A stretch of 62,686 nucleotides of DNA, filler included, from Globobulimina sp. (GCA_003354225.1; 40 parts of 40 records of this genome joined end to end with filler, not necessarily neighbours in it), one strand, 5' to 3'. Positions 12,676-25,455 are shown, numbered from the whole stretch's first letter. Program-made: numbers and translations. Notes: generated by a model from the sequence alone, not told the origin.

Positions 12676-14035
12676 TTGGTACATTCCATCGTCGGCGACA
12701 TCGATATCGATATTGACGGCAAAGTCGACCAATTATTTGCTACCATTGGTAGCGACCAGGTACACATTGACTTATTAAAATACGGACTAAAACTGATTGA
12801 AATCTCCTTCAATAAATACGAAGAAGAGCACTATTTCCTACGTGTTTTGCAATCGTACGGTAAGCACAACGACCACAATAACTCGCCACGCCGCTTTTTT
12901 GTGCATAAAAACTGGATCAAACAATTTTTATACGACGATGACATCCCGCATAATTTGCGTGAATTACAGGATAAAATGATCACTAATTTACAGCGCAAAT
13001 CGCATTTATTAGCCAATGAATTGAGTCGAAGGAGCAGTTATGTCACAAACTCGTCGTACCAGTTCTCCTCCGATGCTAATAACAGACGATATAATACCGG
13101 AATGTCGAAGGAGTTGCAACAAACTTACGTCTCATACTTCAAACAGACACTAAATTCGCGCACAAAGGCTCTGACCCAATACACCCAGACCCGTTATACG
13201 CCCACGCATCAGAAATATTGGCGCGATATATTTCTGTTTATGAGCAAAGGCGAAAAGTATTTGGACCGCAAATCGTTCAAAGCCGGCATTGAACGCTGCG
13301 GCATCAAGATCCGCACTGGCAATAAATATAAAAAAAAGAAGAAGAATCGCGAAATCGAACAGATTTTGAACGCAGTCTTCGTGGAAATGGATTTTGAGCA
13401 CGCGGGCTATATCACGGTGCATAAGTTTACGGCGATGATGATGTCAAAGGATCCGCAGATTCTGTCCTCGAACAGCACTGGTAATTCGAGTGGGTACTTC
13501 CCCAAATACTCCAATACGAACACATTGACAGTGCCCACGACCTCTGACAACCGACACTATCATTATTATCAAGCTCCGCCGGCGCAGCAGTATTACCATG
13601 GCAATGTACAGCATTATCAGCGGAATAATATGCATGAATATGCGCAGAACGAGCGGGGACATCAAAAACACAGAAAACATAAACATAATACGCGAAGGTA
13701 TCAGACTGATAAATATCAGCATGTACAGCTACAGACAGCCAATTCGAATGTTAATCAGTTTGAAAATTTCAGCTTTTCCTCCAATGGACCGGCTCCGCAG
13801 CAAATGTATTACGCAGCGACCCCGGAGGTGGAAGAAAAAATACATCAAAACTATTTGAACAATGAATGGAATTCGTACAATAACAACAATGTACGTTACA
13901 ACGAGGAAGAACAAGATGAGAAAATCCCAATGTTGGAGGTCTTGAATACGCACGAAATCAATATGCAAAATGGCAGAAAAAAGAAAAAGAACTTTAAGAA
14001 GAAAAAGGTGAAAAAGAAAAAAGTGAAAAGCAATG
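12676..14035 (+). CDS. EF-hand-containing protein with low-complexity tail (partial)
   Basis: IFLFMSKGEKYLDRKSF and VFVEMDFEHAGYITVHKF form an EF-hand-like pair. Confidence 0.55.
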
Positions 14036-14777
14036 NNNNNNNNNNNNNNNNNNNNNNNNNNNNNNNNNNNNNNNNNNNNTTAATTAATTAANNNNNNNNN
14101 NNNNNNNNNNNNNNNNNNNNNNNNNNNNNNNNNNNTTGCATATTGGCAACATCTTCCTGCCTCAGTACAAATTCTATCAAACACATCCTCCACAAAGGAG
14201 TTTAATACTTGCATGGCACGCTTCGATACACCAATTTCAGGATGCACTTGTTTTGACACTTTGTAAATGTAAATGGTTTAGGTTTGTTTTTGTTTTCTTT
14301 TATAAGTTCGCTGAGCGCCTGATTTGGACATAATTTATTCTTGATTCTTTTCTTACTTTTAAAGTTTGATTGGTTGAGATTAAGGTTATTCTTCTTTTGC
14401 TTTGGTGGAGAAATTTTGTCCATAAATTCATCTCATATATTATCAAATACATTCCGTTGTGACCAAAATGTATTGGTCAAGCAATCGAACCAAATTTAAT
14501 TGTGAAATGCGTTTTTTTCAGTGAATTGTTTCAGCCGAATTGATCGTATGGTAATGCTATGACAAGCAAGTAAAAACAATTTACTTCAATATTGTCGTCT
14601 TAGATTTTTGAATTTAGATTTTATTTTTGAGAAAATCAGTGTATAATATTTTATTTTTGTGCAAGAATTGTATACTGTAAGCCATATTTGTGGAGTTGAA
14701 AAAAAAACAATTTGCAATTAATAATACCACCCATACAAAAAGAAAATATAAAAAATCATTATAAATTTATGTTTTGT

Positions 14778-15605
14778 TTATTCATCATCATCAATTTTCG
14801 GAGCTAAATAATATCTCAAAGAACCAAAATCGGCGATGGAATATTCAACTTCTAACGGAACATCCTGGCCCATTCTCAATGTCACGTCTTTTGATAATCC
14901 GGTAGCTTTTGTAAAATTGTTTAAATATCTTAATGAGAATGTTTGTTGGACACTTTCCTCCAATTCAATCAATACCGTCTCATCGATGGCATCCATATCT
15001 TCATCGACATTGCCTACCGGAATATCCTCGTCTTCATTTCCGTGCATATCCTCATCTTCATCCATTTGCGTTTCATCATTATCTTTTCTCTCCGATTTTA
15101 CTTTAACACTATCACCATTCTCACCATTCTTATTTGCTTTGTTTGCGGATGATTTTTTTTTATTATTTATCATTCCTTTAATGGTAATATCACCGGAACC
15201 GATATCACCATTCACACTAAATTTGACACCATCTTTGCCGACAGCAATAGTCACCGTATCACCGATGGCGGCTAAATCACGACATATTCTTTGAAATTCA
15301 TTGGATGGCATTTTAATGGTGGTCGCATAGACAGTTTCTGGAATACCTAATTGTTCCTGGTCGATATCATTTAATTTTAATTCAAAATTACTATATCTTT
15401 TATTATCGCCGGATTCAAAAATAAAATTTATGACATCTCCGTCATCTCTGGCTTGAATGGAGAGTGCATCTTTCGATGTCATACATTTTAATATTTTATT
15501 TAATGCACTAAATTGAATCCCTAAACATTGATCGGTATCACATCGATATCCGTCAAATCCACTCTCTGTTAACTGTAAACTGACTAAACTTACATGCGAG
15601 GAATA
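14778..15605 (-). CDS. PCNA: Proliferating cell nuclear antigen (5' partial) with a large loop insertion
   Basis: SSHVSLVSLQL...FDGYRCD, FELKLNDIDQEQLGIPE, EFQRICRDL, FSLRYLNNFTKATGLS, LRYYLAPKIDDDE. Confidence 0.97.
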   Translation of the reverse strand, partial: YSSHVSLVSLQLTESGFDGYRCDTDQCLGIQFSALNKILKCMTSKDALSIQARDDGDVINFIFESGDNKRYSNFELKLNDIDQEQLGIPETVYATTIKMPSNEFQRICRDLAAIGDTVTIAVGKDGVKFSVNGDIGSGDITIKGMINNKKKSSANKANKNGENGDSVKVKSERKDNDETQMDEDEDMHGNEDEDIPVGNVDEDMDAIDETVLIELEESVQQTFSLRYLNNFTKATGLSKDVTLRMGQDVPLEVEYSIADFGSLRYYLAPKIDDDE

Positions 15606-15705
15606 NNNNNNNNNNNNNNNNNNNNNNNNNNNNNNNNNNNNNNNNNNNNTTAATTAATTAANNNNNNNNNNNNNNNNNNNNNNNNNNNNNNNNNNNNNNN
15701 NNNNN

Positions 15706-16211
15706 AACAGTTTGGTGCAGACACTACATTTTTGATTGAATTGTTTGAGCCTCGCAAATTAATTAAATGTGATGATAATTATAATGAATTTATGGCAGAA
15801 TGTAAGGAGAGGGATATTGCACCAAAACAATTGTTATGGATCCTAGACTTGCATGGCCATTACAACTGCGCCTTTGCCACAAATATCAATGGCACGAATA
15901 ACATTGTGATGATGGATACGTATCTCGCCAATCACTGCTCAAATCCTGCTGCATTGCAATGTTTCAAGTTGGTGTATGCTGCAAATCATATTCATATTCA
16001 TACTGATATTGTTGGTTGTATTTGCGGATCAAAAATGGAGTACGTTCAAGCAAACAAAGCATATCACAAATATAACAGCGTTTGTTGTGCTGTTTGCAAT
16101 GTAAAGCTTGTGCATGGCATGGTTTATCATTGCAACTCTGCAAAACAACAAAATAAGCATCATCATCAAAGTGGATATGATATCTGTCCAAAATGTGCTA
16201 AAAATAATTAA
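15706..16211 (+). CDS. Uncharacterised protein C-terminus with Cys/His Zn-finger-like module
   Basis: CICG...CAVC...YHC...H..GYDICPKC, the same module as at 5256-5432. Confidence 0.6.
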
Positions 16212-16218
16212 TTACAAA

Positions 16219-17175
16219 TCACTCATTCAATTCTAAAATCTGTTTCATTGTACGTTCATACAACACCATCTTACTTTCATTACCTTCCAACTTTGCTTTC
16301 TCAAACAACGCCTGGTAACAACAATATTTATCCATTTCCAGTTTGCCCAATCTTGCTTTCAGCAAATCCTCATTTGCATCCTCTTTCTTTTCATCACTTT
16401 CAGTGTTCCTCACACCTTCTAACTTTCCAACCCGTTTTCTAAACTCCCTCTGTTCCTCCGTAAACCGAATATATTCCTCTTTTTTCAATGTCTCAATTTG
16501 CGACTTATTGCCCCAAACCACAGGTATTTCATCACAATTCTCCTTACAAATATAATCGCCATGTTTCAACTTCTTTGGTGTATACACATTCCTTTGTTGC
16601 GCACCAAAATTATACCACGGATACACTTGCAATCTGCGCGTATCATATCGGATATCATCACCTAGCAATCGCATAACCATTGCATGTCTCGCTTGTGTCT
16701 CCAAATGATTTGCCGGCGCACCATGCACAGTCATGCCATGAAACAAAATGCAATCTCCAATGTCCATATTCCATGACAAGATTAGATATTTATCCCTCGC
16801 CTCGTCGATATCCGGTATTATCTCAGTCCATCGATGCGAGCCAGCCACCAGTTCCAAGCAAGTCTCCTTTGGCACAAAATCAAAGGGCACCCAAATCGAG
16901 CACAACTGGTCACCACTAACACACCAATCCGGCTGTCCTCTGTGCCACAATGTCGCAGTGCTGCTCTTGAAGGATTTGTAAAAAACGTGGTCAAATAAGA
17001 AAGCAATGCGTGATGAGGCCAATATATTGCCAGCAATGGCACTCGCTGGAGATTCAAATACAAGTTTCTCAAACGGGGAGATTCTTCGTGAAGTGTCATT
17101 AATTCCTACGAAGCGACCTGATTTTTGTTGCTCTATTCCGTATGGTGTATATTCTTCAACCCATTGGGTGCAAAT
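16219..17175 (-). CDS. PhyH-family Fe(II)/2-oxoglutarate-dependent enzyme (5' partial) with HxG motif
   Basis: Frame open to contig edge; FDHVFYK...TLWHRGQPDW...CSIWVPFD...LELVAGSHRW...GDCILFHGMTVHGA...RLLGDD. Confidence 0.85.
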   Translation of the reverse strand: MCTQWVEEYTPYGIEQQKSGRFVGINDTSRRISPFEKLVFESPASAIAGNILASSRIAFLFDHVFYKSFKSSTATLWHRGQPDWCVSGDQLCSIWVPFDFVPKETCLELVAGSHRWTEIIPDIDEARDKYLILSWNMDIGDCILFHGMTVHGAPANHLETQARHAMVMRLLGDDIRYDTRRLQVYPWYNFGAQQRNVYTPKKLKHGDYICKENCDEIPVVWGNKSQIETLKKEEYIRFTEEQREFRKRVGKLEGVRNTESDEKKEDANEDLLKARLGKLEMDKYCCYQALFEKAKLEGNESKMVLYERTMKQILELNE

Positions 17176-17471
17176 NNNNNNNNNNNNNNNNNNNNNNNNN
17201 NNNNNNNNNNNNNNNNNNNTTAATTAATTAANNNNNNNNNNNNNNNNNNNNNNNNNNNNNNNNNNNNNNNNNNNNGCCCTTTCTGTTCGTCCATTCTATG
17301 CGAATGATAATGGACTGTGTAAACACATGCTTTGATGAATGGTTTGCATAAAGTCCATGGGTAGCTTCGCATGTTTTAAAAATACGAGAAAAAAACGGTG
17401 CAGAATAGTTCTGTATCATGGCAAAAAAGAAATCCACTTTTGTACCATAGTACCACTATTGTAACATAAAT

Positions 17472-18745
17472 TTGATTTCAATAAAATATAAACAATCATC
17501 ATTGTATTTCAATAACATATTAAATAATAATATAAATTATAAAAAAAAGCATACATTTTCCTGGAACATTAATAATAAATTATTGACACAATGGAAATGT
17601 GCGCATATTGGAAAACCTTTTGAAAGCGAAATATTTAATAATCAGTGGTTGATTTCTTGTTATCCCAATGGTGCTAATGAAGATTTTGAAGGATATTTGA
17701 GTGTATTTCTTCATTTATGTGGATTACCAACAACCATAAAACAAATCAAAATAAACTACAAAATAAAATGTATACAAACAAATGATGAGTTGGATGATTC
17801 TGTAGATCTTAGTTATAAGAATGACAGTTGTGGCTCCTGGACATTTATGAAATCTCCAGAAATGAACACTTATACATCATTGACATTGATAGCAAGCATT
17901 CTTATCATAGAAGAAGAGAGGGACATTAATCAAATTAATCAAGAAACAGATATTTTGAATGCAAAAATTGTCTCATTAACAAAAGATATATCACATTTAC
18001 AAAGAGTTCATCGCCGTGATACTAATAAACGAAAACAAAAAATAAAAACATTAATGACACAACAAAATGACCATATTCATACTACTGATGAGCTGAGAAA
18101 AAAAAATGAATCACAGATAGATTTATTAAAAAATGACAATAAAAAATTAAAACAAAACATTAAAACACTAATGACACAACAAAATGATCATATTCATAAT
18201 ACTGATGAACTGTTATTAAAAATAGATTTAGTAAAAAATGATTTTGTTACATTATCAAATTTATTTAATCAACAACAACAGAATGATCATAATAAAAATG
18301 ATGAACTGAGAAAACAAAATAATTTTTTGACAAAAGAAAATAGCAAACTTCGGTTTACAGCATCAGCATTAAAGCGCATCGCCCAACATTTACAACCAGC
18401 TCGTCTCCATAATATTAAATGGACAAAAACATTCTCATTCAAACAACTGACAATCAGATCTTTGTCAGCTCAAACATATCGTATTAAAATTCAACAGCAA
18501 GCAAAATATGCTAAGTTGCAACCTGGAAAATATTGTGTTGAGAATAATCCATATGATAATTGTAAATATATACAAACAGAGGACACTTTAAAATTAATCA
18601 ACAAGCTCGTTGAACGCAATCATATCGGAAATGCAAATCCCAACATTGAATATAAAAAAAATAAATTTTTATCGATGGCAAAGATATTATCGACGAGGAA
18701 CATTAAAGAATGTAAACACTTGCCTTTATTGATTGGCCAAAGAGA
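17472..18745 (+). CDS. MATH-domain and coiled-coil protein (partial)
   Basis: FSWNI...FESEIF..WLISCYPNG..EGYLSVFLHL; duplicated IKTLMTQQNDHIH.TDEL segment. Confidence 0.75.
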
Positions 18746-18845
18746 NNNNNNNNNNNNNNNNNNNNNNNNNNNNNNNNNNNNNNNNNNNNTTAATTAATTA
18801 ANNNNNNNNNNNNNNNNNNNNNNNNNNNNNNNNNNNNNNNNNNNN

Positions 18846-20315
18846 CTCGATTTGAAAATTGTATCCATTGATTGTTATCAGTGTTATGTTGATTACAGAT
18901 TTCAGACACTTTGAAGTCGCAAATATATATATTATTGACAACATCCCATTCATTATGAATCCATTCACCTCCTAAATCCAATATCTTTTTTAAACTTTTG
19001 CTACATTGTATTATAACCACAACTGACTTTATTTTATATATTTTATCCAACAATATTTTCAGATGACGCATATCGTCAGCAACGGGCCAATTATCAATTT
19101 TAATCCATAAAGAATTTATAACCCTAACAATTTTGAGCAAATTTTGAATCTGTTGGACAAACATTAATACATCTCGCTGGTCATAAAAATATGTAATAAT
19201 AATGATATTTCTTACTGAAGTACTAAAATTTTCAACAAGATTATCAATATCAAACAGATGGCAGGGATCAAATATTAAACACAAATTTTCTAAATTCGGA
19301 GCTTTGAAATATTTTACCTGAGACCAATGAATATTTGGCGTTATTTTAACCACTAATTCTTTTAATTTGGGCAATGTCAATGAAGATAACAGAATAGCAC
19401 CACCATAATAAAATAGATTGATATTTAAATATAAAGCTTGCAAACTGGGATCATAGCGTGTAAGCTGACAGCGTACATTGTAAGCTGTTGATTGATTTTT
19501 TTAATATATAATACATTGCATACGTGTCATGATCATGTATTAACACATTTCTTTGTTGATATTTAAATATTTTTAAAGCACTAAATGTACATTTATCACT
19601 AATGTCAATTTTCAAAGAATATACATCGATATTCACCATTGATAAATCAACTATATTTGAGAGATTATGCCAGTCATAAATTCGTATGTTGTCAACCGTC
19701 AATGATTCCAAATTGGTTGATCTTGCAATTATAGTATTTAAAAATGGAAAGTGCCTATTTCTGCCATGATTGCAAATCTTTAAATGTTTAATGGATTTAA
19801 ATTTTGGAAATAGTGTATGCAGCAATTCATAATATCTCCATCTATCATTAATTTCTTTACCTGTCACTGGACAATAATCATTCTCAAATCGTTCAACTAT
19901 CACTGTATCCACTTGTGCGCCAATAAACTGCTTTGCAAATTGCTTAAATATCAGTGATGATGCCTTGTTTTGTGGGAATATGATATTCCATTGTTTCATT
20001 TGTTTGAATCGATACAAATCAGGAATTTCTGCACTTTGTCTTTTATTCATAAAATGAATAAGTTTGTTACAAATGTCGATTTTAATATGACTGCATGCTA
20101 TGGGTTGTCTGCAAAGAATGGCAAATGTCACACAGGTTCGTTCCAGTGATATAATATCATTTATGTTGAGGTATTTACAAATGTATTGCGACACTAAGTT
20201 ATCTGCAATATTAGTTATATGATACTTATCTCGTACACTTGAATAATTTATAATATTATTTTCAATGTATTCATTGAATGCATTTAATAACTTTCCACAT
20301 TCATCAAATGATAGC
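18846..20315 (-). CDS. F-box/LRR-like protein (partial) with a single frameshift at 19496-19502
   Basis: ITNIADNLVSQYICKYLNINDIISLERTC F-box-like motif; LRR-like LxxLxI/V units; two ORFs join by removing one base of an A7 run. Confidence 0.6.
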
Positions 20316-20464
20316 NNNNNNNNNNNNNNNNNNNNNNNNNNNNNNNNNNNNNNNNNNNNTTAATTAATTAANNNNNNNNNNNNNNNNNNNNNNNNNNNNN
20401 NNNNNNNNNNNNNNNAAGAATTGAGTTCAAAAACAAAATAACAAACTATGTAAAGAATGCAGCA

Positions 20465-21885
20465 ATGACTGGAGATGGTGTTCAGCAATTAATATCGTAT
20501 GGATTTGAACCAGAAACTGCAACATTTGCTCTATCTATGTGTGGTAACAATATTAGCAAAGCAAAACAACTTATAACGGAGCAACAATGTCTTGAAATTG
20601 CATCCAAAAACCTACACCATCAGAATGATAAAGTTTAGTTAACGTAAAGTGATTACTATGTGTTATAATAATCTGTGTCTAATATTTAGAATGAAATCCC
20701 CCTCAAAAACAGCAGAATGAAACCAGTTATTTGTCAATTCCCAAACACAGCGAATGAATGTTTTCGATGGGATTTCACGGCGAACTCTCAAGATATTAAA
20801 TTATTTAAAAACGCCCAGCATGGAGATATTATAAGAAGTAATCCTTTGTTTATTAGGAAATGCGAATTTTACTTTGAATTAACACCAAATGGATGGGGCA
20901 AAGAAACTGGAACTATTTTATGGTGTTCATTGCAGGCATTACCTAATTATGTATCGTCCATACAAATATATTTCAAATACAAATGTGATAAATTGTCATT
21001 TGTTGGTGAACGAATTGCAAAATTAACAACTAAAACAAAAGCAAATATTAGTGGCGTCTGTCAATATTCCATATCTGCAAATAAAGCAATTGATTTTTCA
21101 CGTTTTCAGTCGTGTGAAGATTTTTCCTTTGAGTGTTACATTGAAATCATTGCATTTTTTGATAAATATGGAACCAGCACAACAATATCCAAGGTATCCA
21201 TTTCTGTCTTTACACGTATTGACTGTAAATAAACTAAATATGCAGTCGGCAGAACATCAATCAACTTTACCTGCGTCAGATGCACTGTTCACATTTGATT
21301 TATTTGAAGCAGATTTTTTTCAAGTTGCAAATGATGGAAGATTAGCAATTGGGCTATTAAGTGAGAAATGCATTTATTCGGTTGTTTCTACGAATGTATC
21401 ATTTAATGAAGGGGTCCACCAATGGAAATTTCTATTTGTGCAAAATGAGCATCGTCATAGTAACCCCGGGGTAATTACAGATGTTACGCGATTATATCAC
21501 ATTAAACGTACATGGGAAGCTTTAAAGTATCACAGAGGCTGCGAGTCCACTGGTTATTGTTATATGTGGCATGATTTTGATGGTCAACTTCAAAGATATC
21601 ATAATGGCGCATTAAAAATGACGCAAGGTAATAATCTTCGAATTCAAACAAATGATATAATTACAATGGTTTTAGATTGCAACCATTGGACATTGACTTT
21701 TGGACGAAATGGTCAGCTCATTGGAACATTGAAGTTAGAGGCAAATCAATCATATCATCCAATGTTGTACAGCTGTGCTTGTCGATGCCAACGATATAAA
21801 CTTTTATCTGCTGCAGAGGTATATATTATATTTAATAGTTATAGTTAAGTACCACTTTAATTATATAGCACACAGAAGAGACAGA
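20465..21885 (+). CDS. UBA + MATH + SPRY/B30.2 protein, 4 exons (3' partial)
   Basis: UBA VQQLISYGFEPETATFALSMCGNNISKA; phase-0 GT-AG introns 20633-20689, 21194-21245 and 21819-21868 keep the frame; MATH FELTPNGW; SPRY EGVHQWKF...NDIITMVLDCNHWTLTF. Confidence 0.8.
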
Positions 21886-21999
21886 NNNNNNNNNNNNNNN
21901 NNNNNNNNNNNNNNNNNNNNNNNNNNNNNTTAATTAATTAANNNNNNNNNNNNNNNNNNNNNNNNNNNNNNNNNNNNNNNNNNNNTTTCATGTATATTT

Positions 22000-22642
22000 T
22001 TATAATGTGTAATAATACAATATGATAAGACCTGGCATTGGGATCAATATCATTGATAAAACAGTACAGAACAACGGCAATATCCACCATGCGATTTTAC
22101 GTGTTTTTATAACAGTGATTGGTTGGATAGTTTCTAACGGAGTTTGTTTGCAACATTTATCGTTACACTCTGCAGCACAGTCAGTATCGCAACAGTTTCG
22201 TACGTGTATTGTGGGTGTAACATTTGTGGTATTCGCTTCTGTGCAGTCTGTGGTTGTGTCTGTTTGTGTTTGTTGTGTGTTACTTGTGATTTGCACCGGC
22301 TCTGTTATAAGTTGTTTGCATTTACAGTTCCTATGTTGTAAAAGAATATGAATGAATAAAGTAAAACAACCGTTAAAGTCTATATGTATATGGTCTAAAC
22401 TTGTTACATTTATATGATATGAACCATGACGCAATTAACGAAATTATTGCAATGGGAATCGTGATTGGTCGAAATGGTTTTAGTTTGGCAAAGCCTGCAC
22501 AGCCATTCGCAAATATATTAATGATTAGTTGAATTAAACAACATGCAGAGGCCAATAACCCTGTAACAATTGTCCATAGTATCGATAAACACGGGTAATA
22601 TTTTGAATTAGCAAAGGTATCCGTACAAACTCGACACGACAT
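22000..22642 (-). CDS. Small spliced Cys-rich membrane protein, unknown family
   Basis: ORFs 22373-22642 and 22000-22434 join in frame through a GTTTAG...CATAG intron. Confidence 0.4.
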
Positions 22643-22700
22643 AAAAAAAACTAAAGGTTTTTGAGATTTGTTCAGTGAGACTCAGTTTGTTAAAAATGAA

Positions 22701-23455
22701 TTAACGCTTTTGTCTGATTTGCATTACAATTGGAGTTATTGGCACAATTACATTCTGCCATACCTTGGGTATGCGGAACGATTTGAAATCATTCTCTTTC
22801 GGTAACAATTTATATCTTAAAATGAATTTTGCAAATAAAACATGCAAATTCTTCTTTGCCAATTCCTTTCCCATACAACTTCTCTTGCCGACACCAAATG
22901 ACATCATACATTCATTCCTCTTAAAACAGTTATTTTCATCCAAAAAATGATCAATGTAAAACCCGTTTGGTTTCTCCCAATATTTACTGCAATGATTAAT
23001 ATAATAATGATTTGCCGAAACAAACCAACCTTTTGGAACAGTATAACCTAAGATTTGTGTATCTTTACAAACATATCTCGGTATTGCAGCCAATAAATGT
23101 TTGATATTCCTCAATAACTCCAACACAAAAGCTCTCAAAACATGTAAATGTTTAACATGTTTCAACGAAAATGCTCCGCTCTTTTCTTCATATTGCCACA
23201 ATTCCTCATATACTCTTTGCTGAACATCCTGATATTTCACCAAATATAAAAATCCTAATTCTAACGTAAGCACTGTAGTATCTAAACCACCACTAAACAT
23301 TGAACAGGCATCGCGCAGCATTTCTGTACGAGATAACTTATTATTTGCCACATGATCCAACATTTCATCTACATAATAATTCTTATGTCCATCTCTCTGA
23401 TGTGGACCAACCACTTCTTCATAGTCTTCAATCCATTTTGTAACAATATCGCAAG
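22701..23455 (-). CDS. Cytochrome P450 (C-terminal part)
   Basis: I-helix GGLDTT, ExxR (ELLR), heme motif FGVGKRSCMG. Confidence 0.95.
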
Positions 23456-23786
23456 NNNNNNNNNNNNNNNNNNNNNNNNNNNNNNNNNNNNNNNNNNNNT
23501 TAATTAATTAANNNNNNNNNNNNNNNNNNNNNNNNNNNNNNNNNNNNNNNNNNNNAACACAGTTTACGCCCTCTATTCAATCTATGTGGGGGTTTATATA
23601 TACAGTGTTTCTGAAACATACTGTCCTCTAAAATTTTACTAAGTTGACATTTCGCAGAAAAATGTAGAATACAGTTGACTTTTTAGGTTCACACTTCTAA
23701 ACACTTCTAAACAAGTAACAACAATTGAAGTCAAGTATATACATCAGAGTTAATTTGTGATTACATATAATATATAATAATTATAA

Positions 23787-24656
23787 TTAGTAAGTTGAAG
23801 AAGACGCAGTTTCTTGATGATCCAACATAAGACTTATCATTTCCTTTCGCATTTCCTGTGTTGTAGTGACCATAGCTTCGGGATCCCATTTATCCGCAGA
23901 TTTGTTACGAAATAAGTGAGTATCTCCAACCTCGGCAGCATTCCAATCAATCTCAATCGATGAATCATTCCAATCACCAACCACAATTTTAAATTTTTTA
24001 TCGTGCGGCATAATAAAGTTACTATTTACATTTGATATTTGCTTTGGTTGACTTGCTCTCTTTGTTAAAGTTATTAACTGTTTCTCCATATCATTTGTCA
24101 ATGAATCAATTCGTTTTTCATCCCAATCCGATACTGTTTTCAGTCTGTATAAAGAAGCAGTTTTATCGGATGGTACCGATTTACTTTTTTTCACAGATTT
24201 CATTTTCATAATTTTTAATTTCTCACCTTCTGACAACGAACTTTGACTGTCATCTGAATCCAACTCATAATCGTGCCAAGGGTCCGACGTATATTTGTCT
24301 TCGATTGTTTGTTTTAATTCATCCGGATCCATAATTTCAGTTAATTTTTTAACTCGAGACGTTGTCATTGACTTTTCCAATTCATCCAACCCGATTGATT
24401 CATTGCAACCAGATTCATACGATTGTGATACATTTGGTACATTTGTTATTACACCATCTTGCATGTCCTCGTGTTTTTGCATATATTTTGATAATAATTC
24501 CATCGTTTTATCATCCAATGATCCTTCTTTTCCCTCTGATTCAGTGTTAGATATCGATGTTAATTTTGCTTCTGGTCGCGATTTGTTAGATTGTCTTTGT
24601 AGGATATCTTTTGTGCAGCAATCAATTGTGCAGCAAGCACTTTTACACTGACCCAT
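23787..24656 (-). CDS. Hypothetical protein with probable N-terminal acylation motif
   Basis: MGQCKSACCTIDCC start (Gly2 plus Cys cluster); about 289 aa hydrophilic. Confidence 0.55.
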   Translation of the reverse strand: MGQCKSACCTIDCCTKDILQRQSNKSRPEAKLTSISNTESEGKEGSLDDKTMELLSKYMQKHEDMQDGVITNVPNVSQSYESGCNESIGLDELEKSMTTSRVKKLTEIMDPDELKQTIEDKYTSDPWHDYELDSDDSQSSLSEGEKLKIMKMKSVKKSKSVPSDKTASLYRLKTVSDWDEKRIDSLTNDMEKQLITLTKRASQPKQISNVNSNFIMPHDKKFKIVVGDWNDSSIEIDWNAAEVGDTHLFRNKSADKWDPEAMVTTTQEMRKEMISLMLDHQETASSSTY

Positions 24657-25125
24657 AATAGTAGATAGGTGCACAAATTTTTAATATTAGTTGATCGCAA
24701 CACAAATGGACTGCGCGCGCGGAAAGAACGAATAAATCGTTTTCTATCTTATGTAAGCTGACTAGCTTCGAAGTAACTTTCATCAGACTTTGAAAATCTT
24801 CTTCTTCTTTCCTCTGCTTAGGACCTAGGATCTAATTTTAATTACGTAATTTCGCAACAAACACAAACTAATCCTAATCCTACAAATTATATACTTTTAA
24901 ATCCTCCCCACCCACACTAAATTAAACACAGAAGTGACAGAACTAACCGTAGAATTTCACCAGCCAATTAATCTCCTTTTATTTTATTTTCACGCAAACC
25001 GTTCTTTTCGTACGTAGGCACTCAANNNNNNNNNNNNNNNNNNNNNNNNNNNNNNNNNNNNNNNNNNNNTTAATTAATTAANNNNNNNNNNNNNNNNNNN
25101 NNNNNNNNNNNNNNNNNNNNNNNNN

Positions 25126-25455
25126 TATAATATAAGCAATACATTGTTCAGGACCTGCTGTGATATTTACCAAAACCCATAATGCTTCGTATTGTAACTG
25201 TGGGACTTCTTTGTTCTGACAAAATTGGATAAGTCGTGGTACAACTCCACAATCAACAACTTGCTGTGTGAGTGGATCATCTGATGTTAATAAGATTCGG
25301 AATTGTTTTGTGCATTCTAGTTGTCTTTGAACGTCATTGCTGTGACAGCCTTCAACTAACTCAGGGACGTCGCTGATCGTTGATTCCTGATTTAAATGCA
25401 TTTTAGAAATGGCTGTACTTGCGGAGTCGGTGTTGTTATTAGTCTCGGACGACAT
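25126..25455 (-). CDS. Importin-alpha-like ARM protein lacking an obvious IBB domain (3' partial)
   Basis: QLECTKQFRILLT..DPLTQQVVDCGVVPRLIQF...PQLQYEALWVLVNITAG. Confidence 0.8.

Noticed and set aside
19496-19502. Programmed frameshift in the F-box gene
   Set aside because: A single-base shift in an A7 homopolymer with no evident stimulatory signal; error or pseudogenisation is simpler.
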